Shown here one piece after another: positions 56,591 through 64,000 of a DNA stretch of 64,000 bases. Numbering within the stretch: position 1 is the first letter of the stretch; each line of letters begins with the position of its first letter. The notes under the pieces are model-generated. The model ran no database searches, had not been told where the DNA came from, and saw only the letters and a list, made by a program, of their open reading frames with translations. The translations under genes were made by a program, and so were the position numbers. Source of the DNA: Eledone cirrhosa (lineage: Eukaryota); the NCBI GenBank assembly GCA_964016885.1, contig OZ024743.1, positions 373,240,001 through 373,304,000 on the forward strand. Reading direction: 5' to 3'.

Positions 56591-59085
56591 ATTTGGGGAG
56601 GGTCATATTTGTGTAATATTGCCAGAATTAATAACAGAACACACTCACTGTGTGGTTGGTTTTCGCTTTTCGCTTCTGTGTCTTTTATATCGGTTAATTT
56701 AATTTATTCGGTCCTCAATGTTGCCATTGACCAACGGTAAAAAATACAGATACAATATAGACACAAACACATATATATAGTTTATCAAAGTTCTTTTGTT
56801 GCACATCTGCAACATCGTCAGTGGTGCTATTCCTCCCATTGCATTGTATTTTCTACGCCATCTTTATTTAGTCTGTTTATATATTTATTTATTTGTTTAT
56901 TTTCTTTTTTGTCTTCTTTGTGCATGCGTTTGCGTGTGTGTATAGTGTTTTGTTTGATGTGTGTTCGTGATTGGGTGACTGTGTATTGGTTAATGTATTC
57001 TATCTTTACTAGTGTGTGTTTATGTGTTTGTTGTTATTGTGCTTGTGTATGTATTTATTTATTTATTTATCTATTTATTTATACTTCTCTTAGGTCAGTG
57101 TTGTTTGTTTGGGTGGTGTTGTTATTCCATTCATTTTTTCTGTTTAGCCTTGGCCTTCTAAGTTCTATTTCACTGGCCTCTCTGATTTGCCAATCTGCTG
57201 GGTCATTTTTATGTTTAGATATTCTAATTTCTATGTTGTCTGTTACCGTCGTGTTGTTGTCTGGCATGTTCGTATAGTACTGAACCGTTTTTTTGTCCTT
57301 TTAGTTCCCCCCAGTGTTGGTCTATCCTTTTACCTATGCTACGAGCTGTCATGTTTCTGCAAGTACCCTCTGTACATTTTATGCTATAGACTACGTTTCT
57401 AGTTTTACAGTTTATCCGGGGGTTTACCTTACATATGATACATTTCCTATTAGTACAGTGGGTTTTCTTAAAAGGGTAGGTTTTGCTGATCAGGGATTTT
57501 ATGGTGGTTCCTGGCTTTTCTACCACCTTAATCTTTAAGTGGGTCTTTCTCAGGACCTTTCTACACTGGTTAGCTAATTTCCCTCCAGGGGTAGCGTTCA
57601 CAAACATGACACTCTGGTATCTCTGGTTGTCGTACCATGAGGTGGCTTTCCCTATCTTATGTCTAGCTCTATCTAAGCTATTCCATGATTTGCTCCTGTA
57701 TAATGGGCAAATTCCTTTCATGTCCAGTTCTATGAGGGTCTTATACTTCTCCGTGGCTCCTTCGTATACTCTGATTCTGTCTCTTTGGTTGTAGCCAGAG
57801 AACTGCATGCGGTTGATGAAGTGTTGGATGTGTCTTTCCATTTCTGTTGAGTCGCACATGCGGGACACGTTCTTCATCACTCGTACCAAGTCTACGATCA
57901 GAATATTAAACTTAGCACTACTGGACATTGCTGAATTTTTGAGTATCAGGTATTTGGAGGCCATGGGTTTAGCATAGTGTGAGTGGAGAATTTGGGCTCT
58001 CTCGTCTATAGTGTTAATCCAGAGTTCCGTATCTAATACAGGTAGTCTATTAGGGTGTTTGGAAGGGTAGTCGATAGTTACAGTTATACTCTGGTGTATG
58101 GAATTAGCTATCTGCTGGATGCTTTCCATTGTGCTACGTTCTAAATCAAACTTGTTAGTGCTCTCTAGTGGGGGTGTTCTTATAACTATATTGATATCGT
58201 GTACATAACGAGAGTACATGATGAGGTCTATAGAGCTCTCATTAAGGAGATCTTTAAGTCTCCTTTCCCACCATACCATAAAAAGGTTGGCAACGTCACC
58301 AGTTATGCTGACGCCAATGGCTGCTCCCTCATTTTGGGTGTAGATCTTCTCATTGAACTTGAATATGTGGCCCTTTAGGGTAGTTTTGATACTAGCCCCT
58401 ATTGCATGTGCGACCATTTTTCTTACCTGATCATTGTTTTGGGGGGTCCGTATGGCTTTGGTCCACACAATCCACCTTCCCATGGGAGTCTTTTTAGCCA
58501 TTGAGGTTATGGTGGGGGGTCTATCTCTTATGGGTCTACTGGGGCAGAAACGTCTAAGGTCATGGCTGTCTAGGTAGTCTAGGTAGTCTAAGTAGGAAGC
58601 CCAGTTTGTCTGTCGACGTCGCAGAACTCCACCTCACTCTCAATGATCATCTCCACACATTTTTCCACAGCAAAATCAATGTTAATGGATGGGTACAGTG
58701 ACACCACATCCATGCTGCCTATTTTGCAGTTGGATAGGTTCCTGTTTTTGTTGCACTCACTGATTCTGCTGAGGAGGTCCTCTGTACTGTCACATACATC
58801 TGGGGACATCTTGATTATGGGGCGTATAACCATTGAGAGGAAGTAGGAGATCCTGTAGTTGCTAGCTATATTTGCTCCGCATACGGGTCTTGTTGGTGGT
58901 CCTGTTGTCGGGTCGTCGACTGTCTTGTGGTCTTTGCGGAGCCCATACAAGGGTGGTATGCCATTGTTAGACGCCTGGAAGTTGTTGGCAGTGCGTCTGC
59001 TTGGCTTTAGGATGTCGGTCCACATCATCACGTGAGCGTTGAGGATTTTCTCTCTCCCATCATGTATTTGCTGTGCAATTTCGCT
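56591..59085 (-). mobile_element. Decayed, 5'-truncated Penelope-like element (RT + GIY-YIG, with Cys-rich linker as in Neptune/Nematis-type)
   Basis: ORFs 58588..59031 (PPLYGLRKDHK, TRPV, GSMDVVSLYPSI) and 57224..58501 (YTQNEGAAIG, YSRYVHD, LPVLD, C..C..C linker, NVVYSIKC..TARSIGKRIDQH). YVDD appears as YVHD and the YIG motif is lost. Confidence 0.88.
56784..56825 (-). ncRNA. Degenerate minimal hammerhead in the Penelope 3' terminal region
   Basis: ACCA-CTGACGA-TGTTGCA GATG TGCAAC-AAAA-GAACTT^TGAT; GAAA appears as AAAA. Confidence 0.55.
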
Positions 59086-60075
59086 TTATATATATATATA
59101 TAAATAAAATGTAGATGTATATGTATTATGTATATGAAATGCCAACAGGAAACAAGAACATGGGAGAACAATACAGTACAATGATGATAAATATTAGTTT
59201 AATGCTTGATAGAGTAAGAAAACAGTATTAATGTTTCAGACATTAGTCCTTCATTGGAAGACAGAATGAGGGAGAGAAGAAATAGAACCCCCCCCCCCCC
59301 CCCCAAAAAAAAACGCGGAAAAATTGTAGTTAGCCAGTTTATGTCTGTGTGTATGATAGAATATGTACTGGAGTCGATGTGATTGACTGAATCCCCTGAA
59401 GTGCCCCTGCATAACCTCAGTCCAATGACTGAAACCAGTAAAAAAATAACAATATAGCCTTTTTGTCCATCTGTCACAAGAATGCTATGATCTGTGAAAA
59501 ACAATGGCATTGACTAGCCCCACCCCTCTCTGTGTAAAAAAAAAACCTCACCTCAAACTAAATACTACTTATTCTCTTGAAATCTGTGACCCAGTATGGT
59601 CACAGTCAAATGATGGAAACCAATAAAAGAATAAGAATGTCTTTTATTTGAAATATTGTAAAAAAAGAGTTAAAAGCATAATAGTAAAATAGCAGAAATG
59701 CTTTGTGGTATTTCGCTACCTGTTAATTAGTTATTGTTGAAGACCATCTTAAACTTTGACATTTTAACATCAGCATTGCATGCATTATCTATTGACCTTT
59801 CTCTTTATATTTATCAGAAGCTATAAATAGGATTTGTCAGAAAATATTCTTGGTTTTGTAGAAACTGTTTATAGAGATGAAAAGGTTTTACCTGTAAAGT
59901 AATAATGGTTTCTAATTGAGGAACAAGGCCAGCAGTTTTGTCAGGATGGAAAACTTGATTATATAAAACCTGGTACTTTATATTTTATCATCCCTGTAAG
60001 AGAAGTATTTGTCTGACACTCTGACTCTGCCATTCCGTCATTCCTACCCTCTGAAGTAATAGTAATGGTTGCTAT

Positions 60076-60509
60076 ATATTGTTATACTTTGGGAGGGTCA
60101 TGTTGCCAATAAGAAACACACGCACCAGTTTCTTTCACTCCAATTTATTATAAATTAAAAAATAAAAATTTTTTTTTTTTAATAAATTTCCGGTTGGTTG
60201 CACAATCGGACGGTTGTTCATATATTGTCAAAGTTCTTTCGACACATTCTGTGACAATATGGCATAGGACAGAACAAATGAGAGGCACAAAACAAAGAAA
60301 AGAATCCCCAGTCACTGAAGAGGTCACAGAATGTGTGTCGAAAGAACTTTGACAATATATGAACAACCGGCCGATTGTGCAATCAGCCAACCAACCGGAA
60401 ATTTATAAAAAAAAAAAAAATTTTTTTTAATTTATAATAAATTGGAGTGAAAGAAACTGGTGCGAGTGTTTCTTATTGGCAACATTACCCTCCCAAAGTA
60501 TAACAATAT
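60076..60509. mobile_element. Fold-back element C (arms 60076-60255 / 60323-60509), related to the Penelope 3' end
   Basis: Arms are reverse complements. The outer end TTTGGGAGGGTCATGTTGCCA..AACACACGCAC resembles 56591-56648, and both share the AAAGAACTTTGA motif. Confidence 0.8.
60311..60353 (+). ncRNA. Minimal type I hammerhead ribozyme motif, family C
   Basis: GTCA-CTGAAGA-GGTCACA GAATG TGTGTC-GAAA-GAAC-TT^TGAC; imperfect stem II, 4-bp stem I. Confidence 0.6.
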
Positions 60510-60579
60510 CGGTTTCAACACATGTTTTCAGATAAAGAATCTTGCTAAACAAATTCAGAAACGAAATATATATATATAT

Positions 60580-60998
60580 ATGAATGTATGTATAGTATAT
60601 TTGGCAATATACTGTATGTTTAATTAAAAACATTTAGAAGACCATTCACTATGAGTTTTAAAGTAGTGACTATGTCACTTACTTTTTCTCGGCAAAAACA
60701 ACAGAGAGCGGCTCACAGACAGTCTGTTTCACGCTTGTGAGTATTTATCAAGACCACACACCCAATTGCCTTTGCCAAGAATTATAGAGGCTGGATTCCT
60801 ATAGAATTCCAGTAATAATCAGGAACTGATTAAACAGAGCGATTGCTGGTCCTGCAAAAATTAGGTATTAGGATTGGTGCTCTGAAATAGCGATGTATAC
60901 ATGAATGTATGTATAGTATATTTAGCAATATACTGTATGTTTAATTAAAAACATTTAGAAGACCATTTGCTATGAGTTTTAAAGTAGTGACTATGTCA
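60580..60998. repeat. ~98-bp direct repeats (~60580-60678 / ~60901-60998) flanking a unique ~220-bp core
   Basis: ATGAATGTATGTATAGTATATTT...AAAGTAGTGACTATGTCAC occurs twice. Confidence 0.85.
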
Positions 60999-63155
60999 CA
61001 CACACACATATATATATTACAATTTCCTAAATAAATTATTTTCACAAATTAAAGTTTATGTAACTCTTATCCTGTACCACATGAAACCACATTATCAAGA
61101 CTGCGTTACATTAAAAATTAAAGTCTTTACTTTAATAGTACACATTTTAACAATGATTTGTCCATTAGTAAAGATATTATAAACATTTGAATTACCCAAC
61201 TTATTTTTAGATTTATTTTACAATAAACATTTGAATTAACAAACCCATTTTTAGATATTTTCTGCCAAATCATAACAGGATGTTAAGTGTTAATATATTT
61301 CTCATGTTGTAATGAAAATATTGATACACTGTAGAAAATAAATGACTATCTAATGTATTTAGATTCTATTACTGTAGCTCTTCACACATCATCAGATACA
61401 AAACATTGGATACATCATCTGTGTTGTATCCTTGAGTCATTTGGTGTTTTGGGTCTTACAACATACACACTCATCCAAGTGACCTAACTGAAGTTGACCA
61501 AGCCCCCAGTCTGTGTCCGAATCACCTACATATTATTAGCTCCATTAGTCACTTCTCTTCAGCCAGAGCCATCTAGATGCTCTCTCTGCTATTTCCATGT
61601 TACTTTTGATGGTTGTCCTCTTACTTGCTCTTGTAACACCAACAGTTCCATAAAGCTTGAAGAAAAATGAGATCTATTAAATTAGATGTTTAGTTCTCCT
61701 TTATCCCATGGCTCCCAGATGCCTGGCATGCAAATGTGGCAATCCATTGGGACCCCAGCAGAAGGTAAACAGAAGAGAGTCCCAGGAGGACCAATGGGTG
61801 GTAGACATCAATTAGAAAGATGATAGAAAAACGGTGACTGTTAGAATTGACAGAACCTTGCTGTTTGATGTGTTGAAAGGTTTAGGAATTGAGACTATAA
61901 CCATAAGATTGTGAATCCAGGACCCTAACTAAGCCATGTGCCTGCATAGGAAAGTTATTGTAAGAAAAAGACAATCCAAACCAAAAGCCACCACCCACTC
62001 GAAGCCATCACTTTTTCAACCGCCTTTTAACCTTTTTGTGACAGTTCTATTGGAAGACACTACCAAAATTGTTGAATCATTTTGAAAATAATCAAGAATT
62101 TAGACGAATTTAGTAATATAACTAACTTTTTCATTATTAAGATGGTGTTTGGAACATAATTTAAAGGTTCTTAGTAAAATTATGATGGAAAGTTTTTCGA
62201 TAAATATAAACACTTTCAAATAAACAACTTAGTATGATATAACCAGGTGTGGTTTCAAGTAGTTTGATGTTAAAAGGGCTAAATAGCCGTTCTTTATTGA
62301 TTAAAACAAGATAAATCAATGATGTTTTTATGCTAACAAGAATTTTTTCTGTCGATAAACTTTGATGAGAATAGAATTGCAACACTTGACATTAGTCAGG
62401 CAGTTCTGTGAATCTTGGCATAAAAAGTTTAAATGTCAAACTCCATAAATGAAGGTAGAATATAAGATATAAATGGAGATGTTAAATATTGCATTTATTT
62501 CTGTTGCCTTTATTGCTGTGTTTTCTAGATACACATCGAAGCTATTACATCATATGACACCTGTTTGTTATTTATATATAACTTATAGACACTTGCAATG
62601 TTGTTGGTTTGATGCATTGTATAAAGGGTATAAAATAGTGCATTTGGGAGTTTTATATTGAATAATAATAATACTCGATTCGTTTGCAAGCAAACAGCCT
62701 CATACGCTATGTATTTTAGATGACCATTGCCATCCTTTTGTTCTAGCAAATCAAATATTATTATTCGATATAAAACTCACAAATACATTTACGTATCTAT
62801 ATTAGTGCGAAAAAAAAATTCTAATTTTGTAGAAAATAGTGTTTTATCTGAAGGCTACAGCAATACAAATGGGACATTAACTGTTAATAATAACAAAGTT
62901 AATATAAAGATTGATGTACTCCTGCATGGAGGTGCTATAAAATAGCTTACAAAATAGGATTAAGACCCTTTAAAGATGAAACGCACATGAGAACATCATT
63001 CTTTATATTAACTTATCTTCTCAGCACTTTGTAAAAGTTCAAATGATCGGCTAAATATATACACAATGTTTGTTTACTATTATGATGTTTGTTGACATCT
63101 GAAAGCTATCTAATTTGTTTTAACTATCTAATTTAAGACTGTAAGAGTTGTCATG

Positions 63156-63228
63156 ATCCCTTGGCTTAATGGTCTAAAGCACCCAGCTGGTATCTGGAAG
63201 ATGTGGGGTTCAATTCCACATAGTGGCT
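63156..63228 (+). other. tRNA-like (pseudo-tRNA or SINE head) segment within a mixed inverted/direct repeat
   Basis: Box A TGGCTTAATGG and box B GGTTCAATTCC; acceptor stem does not pair well. Confidence 0.5.
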
Positions 63229-63489
63229 GATGGCAACTTCTCTTTCCATCTTTAAAGGCTCTTTACGCTGTTTTATAAGCTATTTTATAGCATCCTCATG
63301 CAGGAGTACATTATTCTTTATATTAACTTTATCTTCTCAGCACTTTGTAAAAGTTTGAATGATTGGTTACATATACATGAATAACTAAGATGTTAGAATA
63401 TTTCTTCAATTCTTGTTTTGGTGAAGGGTTTTTATCCCCAAATATTAGGGACTATCAAATAATTCAAATGTGGTTAGAAAAAGTTGGGA

Positions 63490-64000
63490 ACGTACCAGCG
63501 TCCCCGCACTGGGTTGTCGGCCTTCACCCTCCCCACGATCTCCTGCATCATGGCCACCGTCCTCTCTCCCACTCTGTCACTCCTCCCGCTCGTCTCTTGA
63601 CATAGCTGCATGCCGTCCGGAGCCACCCAGCGATCGGGTAGTGACCCACCAGCTTTCCACACACCGAGAAAAGCTCCCGCCTATTCATACTTGGGCCCAG
63701 TTCCGGAACTTCGTTTCCCCTCTGGAACACTAAAACGCCCGTCTTGTCTCGCCGTAGCCTACGTCCCAGCGCGGCTCCTCCCTCCAATGCTTCTGATGGC
63801 TTCGCAGTCAGTCCATACCTCTGCAAATGGCTCGTGACCTCCGCCGTCGACACCACCGACTTGTCCACTAGGATGTCGTCAATATAGGAGTTAGTAGCCC
63901 TCTTTATCTTGTCGGCCCTCCCCAGAGCGGTCTTGAGGACCGCCGCCATGATCTTCGGTGCGGAGCTCAGCCCGAAACCGAGCCTGGTCAGGCAATATGT
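63490..64000 (-). mobile_element. Ty3/Gypsy-type LTR retrotransposon pol fragment (continues beyond the window)
   Basis: YCLTRLGFGLSSAPKIM...SYIDDILVD RT motifs, with an abrupt GC-rich boundary. Confidence 0.75.

Noticed and set aside
59225-59260. Minus-strand CCAATGAAGGACTAATGTCTGAAAC hammerhead-like motif
   Set aside because: Two core mismatches and weak stem I; too degenerate to call.
63156-63228. Functional tRNA gene
   Set aside because: The cloverleaf stems are disrupted, so it is kept only as a tRNA-like segment.

Overview
AT-rich, repeat-dense animal genomic DNA. The tRNA-SINE, RTE-tail and microsatellite landscape resembles an octopod cephalopod (inference). The only host coding sequence found is the first coding exon of a BLTP1/KIAA1109 (tweek) orthologue at 15332-15524 (+). 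It has a likely promoter near 14.1-14.4 kb, and no second exon was recognised in the remaining ~48 kb. The presumed first intron holds an intact RTE-clade LINE ORF with a 3x202-bp tandem array upstream, two decayed RTE copies in opposite orientation, a Dong/R4-type RLE retrotransposon fragment, a decayed Penelope-like element (RT + GIY-YIG), a Gypsy RT fragment, and many SINEs and MITEs. The most notable signal is a set of small non-coding fold-back elements from at least three unrelated sequence families that carry type I hammerhead ribozyme motifs. In two of them the motif is present on both strands. One family shares its terminus and hammerhead with the 3' end of the Penelope-like element. 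All calls were read by eye and no database searches were run.
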